Source: Cycas panzhihuaensis (lineage: Eukaryota; Plantae; Cycadophyta). From it: a DNA stretch of 64,000 bases. Below, in pieces: positions 40,440 to 53,229 of this stretch (position 1 is its first letter; every line of letters begins with the position of its first letter). Made by a program: the position numbers and the translations under genes. Below the pieces are notes generated by a model that saw only the letters and a program-made list of their open reading frames with translations, was not told the DNA's origin and did no database searches. The stretch lies in contig CM041465.1 in assembly GCA_023213395.1 (NCBI GenBank), positions 125,929,741-125,993,740 on the forward strand. Reading direction: 5' to 3'.

Positions 40440-43400
40440 ATGTCTAGTGTAAACATTATTATTTATGTCTTACCAGATACAGATAAACTTAACCGTAAGA
40501 ACTATGTAATATGGAAGTTTAAGATTTTTAATATTCTAGCACTTAGAAAATTAATGAAGATAGTTGAAGGGAATGAGTTCAAACTTATTATTGCCTCTGA
40601 TTTGACCATATTTAAATCTACTCCAACGATTCCAATTATGACCAGTAAAGGTGTTGAATACTAAGAAGATCATGATAGAGAAGCATTGGATATCATTAGG
40701 TTTTTTGTTGTTAAAGAACCCATTACTCATTTTCGATGGAAGACTTCATGAAAGTATATATGGCAAATACTTTAAGAGATATATGAAATCAAGAATGAAA
40801 CTAGAGTGTTGTATACCAAAAACTCACTTTATTCATAAAAGATGGTTGTTGATGACTCAATCTCCTTACATTTACAAAACTTAAAGAAGATTAGAGATTA
40901 GTTTATTACAATAGGTGAGAAAGTTGAGGATAGGGAGTTTATGATCATTACTCTCAATAGCCTACATGAAGACTATTATATCCTTGTAACTAGTTTATAT
41001 ATTACTAAGACAACTTAATCACTTGCTTTGGAGGAGCTTATCGAACTTCTCTTACATGATGAGTAATGTACAAGAGGATGTTGTGGTAGTAGTAGCAACA
41101 TGGTTATGGCTTCTTAATTTAGAAAGAAGCTCCAAATGAATGTTTCTAAATAAACTCCACCTCTTTCTAATATCATGAGTGAATGCCATAACAATCCTAA
41201 AAGGGATATTATGTGATCATATTGTAATAAGAAATGTCACTATTAAAAAAATTACTGGAAGAAGAAAGCAGATAAAAAGAAAGTTAAAAAAGTTATACTT
41301 CTTCCTAGATGATAAAAAGGTCTTTGTGTTCAGTGTTATTTCTAATAGTAATGGTACCTTGTACATTGATTTTGATGCCCTGAACCATATCACTTTTTAT
41401 AAAGAATGATTTACTAAACTAAAGGTCATAACTAGACCATTGTACTAGGTCATGATAGTCAAAATAAAGTAATCAATCAAGATGTAATTATTCTTAATCC
41501 ACTTGGCCATCAAATAAAGATCTCTAATGTGTTGTACGTACCATCATTTAGATATTACTTACTTTTTAAAAATTATATAGCTAAATTTAAGTTGAAGGTT
41601 GAGTTTGCTACCATTAAATATGTAGTTAAAGATGGTGACTTTGTAATAGCTCAAGGAACCAAAGAGAATAGATTGTATAAATTTGTCAATATTCCTAAGC
41701 TTGGTTTTATTATAAGCACTTCTAATACTTTACAACATGATTGTTTTGGTCACTTGAACTATCATAGTATTTAACTATTAAATAAGTTAAAAGCAATATA
41801 TTATCTTCCTCTTATATATAAATATGATAAAATTTGCAATGCATGTGTAATCAAGAAAAAATAGAGATAAATATTTTAAGACCATGTTGAGGGATAAAGA
41901 TAAATTGAATCTTTTTTTTTTTTTTGATATCTAGAGGAGAACCTCTAGCCACCCTTGGTACAAAGTTCCGAAGTAAGGGGACCCCGGATCCGTGTTTTTG
42001 TACCGCTTTGTAATCAAGTACGCTTGGAGTTCATACCACCATCGCATAACCGCACACACTCAACGGACTTTGGTCTGACTACTTTCTTTGCGAATGGACG
42101 CCGGTCGGACTACTTCCCTGTGAAGTGGCTTGCACTCATGAGTTTTGAACCTGGGTCTCGCCTTGGTAATCGCCACAACTTACCAATCCACCCAGCCCCA
42201 TGAGACAAGATAAATTGAATCTAGTTCATTCTAATTTATGTGGACCACTTTTACTAATCTCACTTAGAGGCTTGAGATCCTTCATGACATTTATTGATGA
42301 CTTCACCAAGGGAACTTGAGTTTACCTCCTGAATAATAAATCAAAAGAATTTATAAAGATTAAGGAACTCAAAGATGAAGCTAGACACTTCTTTAGGAAA
42401 AAGAATGAGTTTATGAGGAGTGACAATAGAGGTAAGTACTTATCATCTAAATTTATCGCTTTTTACAAGGATCGTGACAAATAATGGCAACTAACTACAT
42501 CCTACACACCATAATAAAATAATATATTTAAGAGGAGGAACTACACCATTGCTATGATGGTGAGATATATGTTAAAAGCCAAAAATTTCTTAAATGGTTT
42601 TTAAGATGAAGCTATGAACACAACTATATACATTTTGAACAGAAGTCTAACTGTAGTTATTATAAATATAAATACTAAAGAAACTTGGACTAGTAAAAAA
42701 CCTTCTATTTGTAATCTTCAAGTCTTTGGTTGCACTACTTTTATTCGTGTACCTGATATAAAGAGACAAAAGCTTAATCACAACAGTCAGACATGTATTC
42801 TTATTGAGGATATTAAGTCTTCCAAGGCATGTAGTGCTTCAGATCCCTCAAAGAAGAAGATTATAATTAGTAAGGATGTTTTGTTTGATGAGTGTGATGA
42901 GGGAATTGTCCTTATTATAAATGTTGGTGTTAAAAGCATAGAAATAAAGAATGAGAATGAGTAAAAGAGTGAAAAGAGCAAGGAAATTCCTTCATATGTT
43001 TCATCTTCCTCGTCTTCTCATCAAAAGTTAATCAAGTGATATGCTCAAACTATAAAAGGTTCTATACTTGGTGACATTAACATTAGTGCTAGTGTTTAGA
43101 CACAAAGCAAGATCAATTTCGCCTTGATACCTATTGTCTTAAACATTGATGAGCCTAAGTCATTTACTAAAGGTAATGATTACCCTCATTAGAAGTTAAA
43201 TATCTGAGAAGAGAATGACTCCATACTTAAGAATGACATTTGGAATCATGTTGATCTCCCTTTAAGGAAAAACATTATTGGTTATAGATGGGTATATAAG
43301 ATAATGTATCAATCTGATATTACCATAGTTAGATACAAAGTTTAGCTTACTGCTAAGGGATATGCATAAATTAAAGGTGTGGACTTTAAGGAGACCATTG

Positions 43401-44190
43401 CACCTATGGCTAAAATGACTACCATCCAAACATTGGTTAATCATGTATCTCATTTTGGTTTGAAACTCCACTAAATAGATGTTAAGAGTGATTTCCTTAA
43501 TGACATTCTAGATGAGGATATGTATATATAACAACTTGAAGGCTTTCTGCAATTTAGTAAATAATCTCTTACATGATAGTTGAAGAAAGCCTTGTATGGG
43601 CTTAAGCAGGCACTAAGAGTATGGTATTCACACATTGATGACTACTTCATCTATTCTAAATTCACTAGATATAAATCAGATCACAATTTATATATTAAGC
43701 ATAAGAATGGAGAGATACTTATTATAATTCTCTATATAAATGATCTTATTATCATTGACAACAACACTTCTTAAATCAACTATCTCAAAAAGTACCTTTA
43801 TAAAGCTTTTGAGCTGTCCACTCTTGGCTTTCTACATTGCTATATTAGCATGAAATTCTGGCAAAAAGATGACAGAAAATTTGTTTTATAGTCTATGTAT
43901 GCTTACAGCCTATTGAAATATTTCCATATAGAGGATTCAAAGTCAATGGCTAACCCAATGCAAGTTAGTCAAAAATTAACTAAGGAACTTATTGATGGGA
44001 CTCTTCAATATACCTTATATAAGTAACTAGTATGTAGTCTTATCTACCTTACTAACACTAGGCTTACATCAATTATGCTATTGGAGTTATAGTATGAATG
44101 ATGAGTGCTTCATCCATCTCTCATTAAAAGGTAACAAAGTGCATACTGAGATATATCAAGGGCATTATTAGATTTAGACTCTTATTTTAA
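40440..44190 (+). mobile_element. Old degenerate Ty1/copia gag-pol; LTRs not identified
   Basis: DKLNRKNYVIWKFKI (gag), LYIDFDALNHIT (protease), HDCFGHLNY, LVHSNLCGP (integrase), KKALYGLKQALRVWY (RT). Truncated before RNase H. Confidence 0.85.
41913..42206 (-). mobile_element. tRNA-derived SINE (~295 bp) inserted in the copia integrase region
   Basis: 16-bp TSD AAGATAAATTGAATCT at 41897-41912 and 42207-42222. Poly-A tail on the minus strand (T run 41912-41925). The minus-strand head has A-box-like GGGCTGGGTGG and B-box GGTTCAAAACT. GC-rich relative to the host element. Confidence 0.88.
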
Positions 44191-45067
44191 AGAGACATTT
44201 TAATACAAATAAGATCTACACAATGATAATGGAGGGTGTAAAGAAAAAAATTTCCTTTCTCTTGAAGGCCATAGGATGTCATGGCTAAGCTCTCCTCACA
44301 TTATCTTTCAAGGGAACAATTTGTATATTTTGTTAAATAAATATTAAGTTGATATTTATGTCTCTACTAGTACACATCCACAAACTCAAATCCCATAACA
44401 AGAAGTCTCACATACATTAAAAGAGATGAGTCATTCATATTTCCATACCTCTTCCCCCCTCCTACTCCCCATTAACCCACTAACTATAACAACATTATTG
44501 AAGAAATGCCTCCTTGCTTAGACAATGAAAAATACAGGTGGTATTTAGTTTTTAGAGCTAGAAAAGAAGAAACTATAATGACCATATAAAGTCCTCCTTA
44601 ACCATGTATTAAATCCACATAAATTTTCCTTGCATGTCAATTATATTCCACAAGATACCTATTAGAGTCTAAAATGATCGATTGATATACTCTTTGAAAA
44701 TTTAAGTAACTATTTTACTTCACTAATTGAAGCTAACACTTATATGAAAGAGAATTTTCCTAACCTAAAATGACAAGTCCTTCTAATCCCTAACTAATCT
44801 CATTTTTTATTCTCCTCTTCATGAGATTTTGTATCTTTTCATGTAATGTATGATGATTCTCCCTCACTGTAAGAAGATATATTATTAAAATATATATATT
44901 ACTAAATGTCAATATATCTGAATTTATAGTTATTCGAGAATGTAAAATTGCTGCTTCAAAACTTTCATCTATTATTTGAACCATTTAGGGCTCTAATAAC
45001 ATTGTTTCCTTAAATCCCCTTTTAGTATAAGTGGCACGATTCTATTGTTATGTTGCTTACCTTAAAT

Positions 45068-45720
45068 AATTACTAGTATGTTCTGGGTCTAATCTCAAAT
45101 CCCAATTGTGAGTATATATGCTTCTTATAAATTTGATATGCATTCTATTACTTAGAACTTATTCTAGTTGTGTCTCTTAATAGCCTATTAGGTGGCTATG
45201 AGCCATTTCAATATGCTAAAAGAGTCAACCAATGAAATTGAGGGACTCCCTTCATATTTAACATCTTTTGAACATCGTATATAGTATGTTTTCCAATCTT
45301 ATTTGGATCTTTTTAATTATTAGATAGTAGAAGAAATCAAGAGCCTCCCTTTATATTTGACACCCAACAGACATTGTATGTAATATGTTTTCAAATTACT
45401 AGTATGTTCTGGGTCTAATCTTAAATCCTAATTGTGAGTATATATTCTTCTTATAAATTTGATATGCATTCTATTACTTAGAACTTATTCTAGTTGTGTC
45501 TCTTAATAGCCTATTGGGTGGCTATGAACCATTTCAATGTGCTAGAAGAGTCAACCAATGAAATTGAGGGACTCCCTTCATATTTAACACCTTTTGAACA
45601 TCGTATATGGTATGTTTTCAAATCTTATTTGGATCTTTCTAATTATTAGATAGTAGAAGAAATTAAGAGTCTCCCTTTATATTTAACACCCAACAGACAT
45701 TGTATGCAATATGTTTTCAA
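45068..45720. repeat. Tandem duplication, 326-bp unit x2, with an internal 99-bp sub-repeat
   Basis: AATTACTAGTATGTTCTGGGTCTAATC starts at both 45068 and 45394. Confidence 0.9.
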
Positions 45721-45801
45721 GTCTCATTTGGGTCTTTCTAATTGTTAATTGGTGGAAGCTAATGTTTCAAGATTCATGTGATGTAATGAAAGGGAGAGGG
45801 T

Positions 45802-46198
45802 TGTTAAACATTATGTTTATATGTTAAGACTATGTACTTTATTTTTCATGTAATATTTGTACTTTTGTACTTTATAGGTGACTTATCACTTAAGTGATAA
45901 ACTACACATGGACATTCTTTTCTAGTGACACAACATTGTCACTAAAGGGTCAAATGGACCCCCATGCACTTTTGCTCACTTGAGAGCCCTAAAAGGACAC
46001 ACGTCCTACATGCAAGGCATGTACCTTAGATATTTGACACTTATCAAACATCCAATGCCTTAGGTCTCTACTTTCACTCTATATAATGAGACCTCTCCTC
46101 ATTGTTCTCATATATAGAGTTGGAGCTGTATTGTTATGCTGCCAGTTTGCTAATCAAATTGTTATTCATTTGGAGGTTGGATCAATTCCAACCCCTCA
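45802..46198 (+). mobile_element. Putative LTR with a PPT upstream and a PBS remnant downstream
   Basis: GAAAGGGAGAGGG at 45788-45800, then TGTTAAAC. TATATAA at ~46080. Ends ...CCTCA, followed by TGGTATCA at 46203-46210. No partner LTR found. Confidence 0.45.
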
Positions 46199-47399
46199 TC
46201 TTTGGTATCATTTTCTTGATCCTTCTTTTCATGCTTTATCTTGCTTATGTTTCATCTTAGAGTTTCATACTTATTTAGCATTTGTTGCTTTCTAGAACTA
46301 GAGTGAATCTAGCTTCTAAATCTTGGGATTATAAGGCCATTAGGTCATTTTTTACAGAGGGATACTAGAATTTATTACAATTTGGATCACTGCTACTTTT
46401 CATATAATAAAATTTAGCTAGCTTAATTGGTTTGGCTTAAAGTCCCCTATATAATTTATTTTTTAAATTCAACATATTTATTTTGACCTACTCTTGTTGT
46501 TGCTTTGGCTTTACTCAAGTATAAAATATTGTTTCTTGTCCCTCTTTACAAGTTTAATGGATTGTTTAATCTAAGAAAGATATTAAAAGCTATTGATCAT
46601 GCACATGGTTCAGGGGTTTTAGCAAATAGATAGCTAAGATTCTTAGATAAAGAGAATTTTAATTTAAAATAGCCCTTTAAGAGACCCAACTTTAGCTTAA
46701 CACTCTCTCTTTGAATCCTCTCTCCAAAATCAAGAGTTTGTTATAATGTTAGAGTTTTTAAAATGTAAACATAATAAAACTAGAGGAACAGAAGTTTAAG
46801 CCTACCTTTATTGTCTTAAAAAAGGAGACTTGTCCAAAAGAAAGTTAATGTAAGAAAGATAATATAGAAAAATTAATGAATGATAAATAGTTGTCAAAGT
46901 GTGTGAATAAAGAAGCACACAAAGAAGGCGGGGGGGGCGACCCTCCAGAACTGATTTCTTGATGGTGTGAGGCCGCTTTTGGTCCTGCACACCCATAGGT
47001 CGGGGTAGACAGTCGTAAGGATAGAGTTCTTGCAGCAAAGAGCAGCGGACGCTATGTGAAGAGAGACGATGGTGTAGAGATATCCCTGGTTAGGGGGCAC
47101 CCCGTTTGGAAGAGCAGTGACAGAGGTAAGCAGAAGCGAGGATAGAGAGTACCTCTAGGAAGAGGATCGAATGTAAGATGCACTAAGGGTTCAGAGGTCT
47201 TTCAAGGAAACATAGCTGAGAGATCTCTGGCCAGGTTCAGCAGTCTACACAAAGGATCTGTAGGCTTGGAAGCTCTGGCCATTAGCAGACTGTCCATGCT
47301 TGGCATCTCAGCATACTCAAGAAGGCAGAGAGCCAAGACAGCAAGGGGGCTAGGTCAAGTAATGTCCTACACAATTATGTGGTGAGTCTTTGCTATTGC

Positions 47400-49001
47400 A
47401 TGCAGTCCTTATAAGTTTTTTTTCATGCTTTCCATATGATGCAAACAACTCAAAACCAGTCTCAGTCCTCTCTTATGGGGAGGACCTACCTTGAGTTATT
47501 AATGAATGGTAACTATGAGGAATAAGAAATAATCCCTATTAAGATTGGAAACAGATTTAAAATATCGATCCCGAAAGAGGTTACCGAAAAGACCATACAA
47601 TATTGGGAGTACAGCCTGGTTGGTAGGTTTTCGGGACCTAGGCTGTGGACATCATCAGAGAGTGGATAAGAAATAAGTGGAAGACCAAAAACCCTGTTCA
47701 AGTCATGGCAATGCCTAAAGGTTGCGTCATGTTTAGGTTCTCTAACTAGGAGGACACGATTCCCATTTTATTAAAGTCCCCATGGATGTTCGGGAGAAAG
47801 GCCATGTCACTGGAGAAGTGGCATCCTGATTTTAACCTAAGAGTCCCAGTGGTAAAACAAGCCCTGGTGTGGGTGCAGATGTTGGGGCTTCCTTTGCACT
47901 TCTAGAACTCAGAGACGGTTAAAGGGGCGGCCAGAATGATTGGGCCACTGTTGGCTATAGACTCGGCTACGAAACATAGATCCAGGCTGATGAACGCCAG
48001 ATTTTATATCCTGGCTAGGCTCGACAGTGAGCTACCGGATGAGGTAGAGATAGAGTCGGATGGTAGGTCTATCATTCAAGGTTTATTTTATGAAGTTGAG
48101 GGCTTTAGGTGTGCAAAGTACAAGGGAAGGGGGCATCTCCACTTCCACTGCCCAGGGATCCCACTAAGGGTGGATAATCAGGAAAATGGTAAAGAGAAAG
48201 AAGAGGGAGAAGCAGAAATAATCAGGGGGGAGCCATCGGCAGCAGATACCGACAGATCAGGTAGGGAGGATAACAGTAAGGAGCCTGGTGTAGGATCCAA
48301 GACTTCCAGTGGGACAGACCCGATCGATGGTGGGGTGAAGAGTCAGGTTATGATCGGGGAGACGGGTGATGCTTTGGTTTACCCAACTGATAATTCAAGA
48401 GCTGAAGGAACTATGGCTGTTAATGTGGCCCAGGAAGGTGGGGGCAAGGATACAGCGGTATTAGTGGATGGAAGGGGCACTTCCAAAGCCAAGGAAATTA
48501 TTGGTTCCCAGGGCTCAGCTAAGTGCAAGGTTCAGGGACATGAGCCAGAGGGTGATAAGGATCAATCTTTAGTCCTTGGCCGGCTAGAGCGGGGAGGGGA
48601 CCTTTTCCCTTCAGGTGTAGAGCTGGCTCTGGCCAGGATTGCAAAGAACATAAATTAGGATTTAGAGGACTATTTTTCAGAGTCTGAAGAGGGGGGACCA
48701 GGAGAGCAGATCTAAGAGAAAGGACATGCAGGTATTGCTACGGAAGGAGGTCCTGGAACCCGGCTCAAAGGCATAGACTTAGATAAAGGTGGGGCCAGGA
48801 CATGCAAATGGGTCTCAAAAAGTAACACATCAGACTTGAGGAGAGCCCCAGACTACGAGATGGAGAAGAAGGTGGGAAGACCTCCTAAAAAGGCCACCAG
48901 AGAAAAAGAGACTCAAGCTCAGATCGATATGGGTTACCAGAGTACGATAAAGGAAGGGGGCGCGCTAGAAGGCCCTAACCTCAGGAGCAAGAAGGGATGA
49001 G
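47400..49001 (+). pseudogene. L1 ORF1 (DUF4283-like region plus CCHC zinc knuckle), disrupted
   Basis: WEYSLVGRF...PWMFGRKAMSLEKWHPDF...VWVQMLGLPLHF and FRCAKYKGRGHLHFHCP. Start position is approximate. Confidence 0.8.
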
Positions 49002-49022
49002 GGCTAAAGATATGGGGTATCC

Positions 49023-52000
49023 ATGAAGGTTTTATCCTGGAACATTAGGGGGCTAAATGCCCCATCCAAGCAGAGATTGGTGAAAGAATTAAGGATTAGG
49101 TCAGGAGCGGATCTTATCCTTTTACAGGAGACAAAATTGGAACAGCTTAAAGAAAGTGAGGTGCTAAACAAGATCTGGAGAAGGGGAGAAGGGAGGACTA
49201 GTGTAGGGACGGTAGGATCTGGGGGGCTGGCCTCCCTTTGCAACCCAAATAGATGGAGGGGTTATGAGATGAGCAAGAATGATCACTTCTTAACCGTAGG
49301 ATTGGTCTGTGTTAGGACTAACAAAGAGTATTGGATTACAAATGTCTATGCCCCCACCTTAGCGGAGGGTAGGAAGAGACTGTGGGATAGACTAGTGGAG
49401 GCCCATAAAGACTGGGAGGGCCCATGGCTAGTGGCGGGGAACTTTAATTCTCCCCTTAACCTGGAAGAGAAGAAAGGGGGGCAAGTTAGTTAGACCAGGA
49501 GTATGTCTGATCTTGGTGCATTCCTACAGATGGGAGGACTAATGGACGTTCCCCTCGGGGGAGCTAAATATACATGGTCCAACAGGTGGCTAGGCCATAA
49601 TCACATATTGTGTAGATTGGATAGGATGCTAATAAACTATAAATGGGCTTGCCACTTTGAAGGCATCAAATTGGAGGCTCTCCCAAAAACTGGGTCTGAT
49701 CACTCTCCTCTTATTCTTGAGGGGTTTATTCCCGGTCTTCATAAAGGGGTGCCCTTCTGTTTCGAACTCATGTGGTTAAAGCACTCGGAGCTTAGGGGGA
49801 GGATCGGCGATTGGTGGGGAGTTCCAGTTCAGGGTTGCGCCATGTTCAGGTTCTCGAAGAAGCTAAATTGGATCAAGCAACAAATCAAGATCTGGAATAG
49901 GGAGGTCTTTGGAAAAATCTTTGAAGACAAAGGGGCCCTATTGTTGGAGCTAAAAGGGATAGAGAATAGGATTCAGCTCAAGGGTAGAACCCAGGATTTG
50001 GACCAATTGGAACATTCCAAAGCCAGGAAATTAGAGGAGGTGCTGGCAAGGGAGGAAATTTTCTAGAAGCAGAAATCCAGATAGCAGTGGATACGGGAGG
50101 GGGATAGAAATACAAAGTTCTTCCACCTGTCCACCTTAAAGCATAGAGCTCATAATAGGATCAGTAAACTTCGGAGCAAGGACGGGGCAACGCATGAGGC
50201 AGAGGACCAGATCAGGGGAATTGTGATGAATTACTTCAAGGAGTTATATATAGAACTAGGCTGCCAGGACTAGGATCTAAGAGCGACTTTAATGCAATAC
50301 ATCCCGAAAGTGATCTCTGAGGCTCTTAACTGCAAATTGACAGAACCCTTCTCTCAGGAAGAAGTCGAGAGGGCCGTATTTAAGATGGGTAGGGATAAGG
50401 CCCCGGGGCCGGATGGGTTTCCTCCTGGATTTTTTTAAGAATTCTGGGAGATTATCAAGGATGACCTAATATTGGCGCTAAATGAATTTTTTCTAAGACG
50501 GACAATTCTGAAAGAGTGGCAGGCTACCTTTCTAGTTTTGATCCCGAAGAAGGAGGGAGCGGATGTCATGGAGGATTTCAGACCGATTAGTTTGTGCAAT
50601 GTTAAATACAATATACTGGCTAAGGTGTTGGCAAATCGTCTCAGGGAGACCCTCCCGGTAATTATCTCTCCTAACTAAGATGGTTTGGTTAAAGGAAGAC
50701 AGATCATGGATGGTATTATTACAGTCCACGAAACCCTGCATTCGACACTTCACCGCAAGGAAGCGGGCATGATAATTAAAACAGATATGTCCAAAGCCTA
50801 TGACCGAGTGGCTTAGGATTGTCTGCTAGATTGCCTTGAGGCATTTGGTTTTGGAGAAGTATGGAGGGATTGGATGAGATGCTGTATTTCTAGGGTGTCC
50901 TTTTCAGTGATCATAAATAGGCGGTCGACCCCCTTCTTTACTGGATCCAAGGGGTTAAGACAAGGTGATCCTCTATCTCCCTTCCTTTTTATCATCATGG
51001 CAGAGTTGTTAGGTAGGGCAACCATGGAGGCCCAGCAGTTAGGGAGGATAACAGGTTTGAGAGCATCCTCAAATATGGACAATATTGTGCACCACCAGTT
51101 TGTAGATGATAATACTTTTTTGTGCAGGGCTTCCCTGCGGGAGGCCAGGACCCTAAAAATGGGTCTACAGATGTACAAAAAAGCTACAAACCAAAAAATC
51201 AATTTGGGTAAAATCTCAGCCTACTTCATTAACATGACAAAGAGGTTGCAGAGAAGCATCTGCAGGGTTTTGGAGATTTCCAGGAGCCCACTCCCTAGTT
51301 CATACCTAGGAATGCCCCTATTCGTGGGTAAGATGGGGAAGAATTTATGGGATCCAATTGTGAGCAGATTCAACAGGAAGCTTACAGGATGGAAAGGAGC
51401 TCTTCTCAGTTGGGCTGGAAAGATCCAGCTTGTGGTGGCCTCCTTACAGAGTATTCCTGTACACCAAATGACCGTATTTAAGCTGCCGAATGTGGTTATC
51501 ACTACATTGGAAGGAATTATGAAGTGATTCCTTTGGTCTGGAGCTGAAGACAAAAAGAGAGTCCACCTTATGTCTTGGGAGAAGGTCTGTAAGCCTAAGT
51601 GGGCGGGAGGTCTTAGTGTTAGAAGGTTAGGCCTATTGAATGAAGCTCTTTTGGCAAAGATGGGGTGGAGACTCATCAAAGAAGCTGGATTGGTATGGGG
51701 GAGAATCATGGCTAGAAAGTACCTTGGGGATAATCACTTTCCGATGGGGGAGGGCCTATGCTTAGAGGGATCCCCTATTTAGAAGGCCATCCAGTCCTCG
51801 CAGCCACTTCTGCGAGATGCCGTGCATTGGAAACTGGGGGATGGAGAGAGCATAAGGTTTTGGGAAGATAAATGGTGCGGTAACTCTAAACTTAAGGACT
51901 TGCCTAACATCGATTCCATGAACAGGGATACCGTGAACACCTATGGGCCTATTATTAAGAATTATTGGGTGGGGCGGGGAAAGGACAAGCATTAGAGATT

Positions 52001-53229
52001 GTTCGAGGAGCTGTAAGGCCTAGAGGAGGAGATCCACAGAGTGAGGGTGGTCTTAGACAACAAGTATATTCTGAAGTGATCCTTGTCAGATACTCTAGTT
52101 TGGTCCCTTTCGCCAACGGGATCATATACGGTAAAAACTAGTTATGATATGATGATGATCAAGGAGGGCTGGGATAGGAATGATTTACTAGCTGGAGTTT
52201 GGAAGATGGGGATGCTCCCAAAGATCGCCGCTTTTTTGTGGCTTTGTCTACAAAACAAAATACTCACGATGGATAACCTCTTGAAAAGGGGCTTCTAGTT
52301 GGCGAATAGGTGCGTTCTATGCAAGATGGAGGCTGAATCCCTGGATCATATGTGTATCCACTGCCCCTATTCTAATGGTATTTGGAGCGAAATGTGGTCT
52401 AGATTGGGCCTTGTTTGGGTGTCATCTCAGTCCCTTAAACACCAGTGGTTAGCTTGGGTCTCTCCTTTCAAAAGCAAAACCCTTGTTAGCCTATGGAAGT
52501 TGATTCTCCCAGTAGGCTCCTGGTATATCTGGAAAGAACGTAACAGGAGGATTTTTGAAGGTAAAGAGAAGGACAGTGTGATTCTACTCCTTGAGATCAG
52601 GAAGGGTATCTCAGAGATGTTGGTCCCCCCTAAGGAAGACAGGATCCCTAAGGGAGAAGTTGGGATCCTTGAGGACTGGGGTGTAGTTCCTCTAAAAGTA
52701 GGTAGAGAGAGGAGAAATGCAACCAAATGGAGCCCTCCAGACATAACTTGGGAAAAAATTAATTTTGACGGGGCAGCCAAAGGTAATCCTGGTGAGGCGG
52801 GAGGGGGAGGCCTATGTAGGGACCATGAGGGAAACCTGAATTGGGCTTTTGCGGAGTACTTAGGTATCCAGTCGAACCAAAAGGCCGAGGTTCGGGCCAT
52901 GTTGAGGGTGATAGTTATGATGGACGAGGAGGGAGCGTAACAAGTGATCATAGAAGGTGATTCTATGTATGTTATAAAATGTCTAAGGGGGGAAGCAGAG
53001 CCTGGCTGGGACAACTTAGATATTATCAGGGACGCTAAAGATGTCCTAAGCTCCAAAAATGCTGCCCAGATCCAGCACATCTATAGGGAAGGGAACCTTG
53101 CCAGCAGTGGCCGCAAACTGGGCTGTGATAAACAAAAGAACTAAAATTTGGAAGGAAGACTACCCAGAAGAGTTACTGAGACTAGTAAGGGCTGATGCTC
53201 ATATCGGGGAGGTAGAGAGGGGAGGATGA
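49023..53229 (+). pseudogene. L1 ORF2 (APE endonuclease, RT, zf-RVT, RNase H), disrupted mostly by point stops
   Basis: MKVLSWNIRGLN, LLQETK, GSDHSP, KAPGPDGFP, FRPISLCN, GLRQGDPLSPFLF, HQFVDD, CVLC...ESLDHMCIHC, KINFDGAAKGNPG, HIYREGN. Confidence 0.93.

Noticed and set aside
42130-42206. Possible tRNA gene
   Set aside because: No convincing cloverleaf. The TSD and poly-A identify it as a SINE head.
51221-53080. 162-aa and 217-aa minus-strand ORFs
   Set aside because: Antisense shadows of L1 ORF2.
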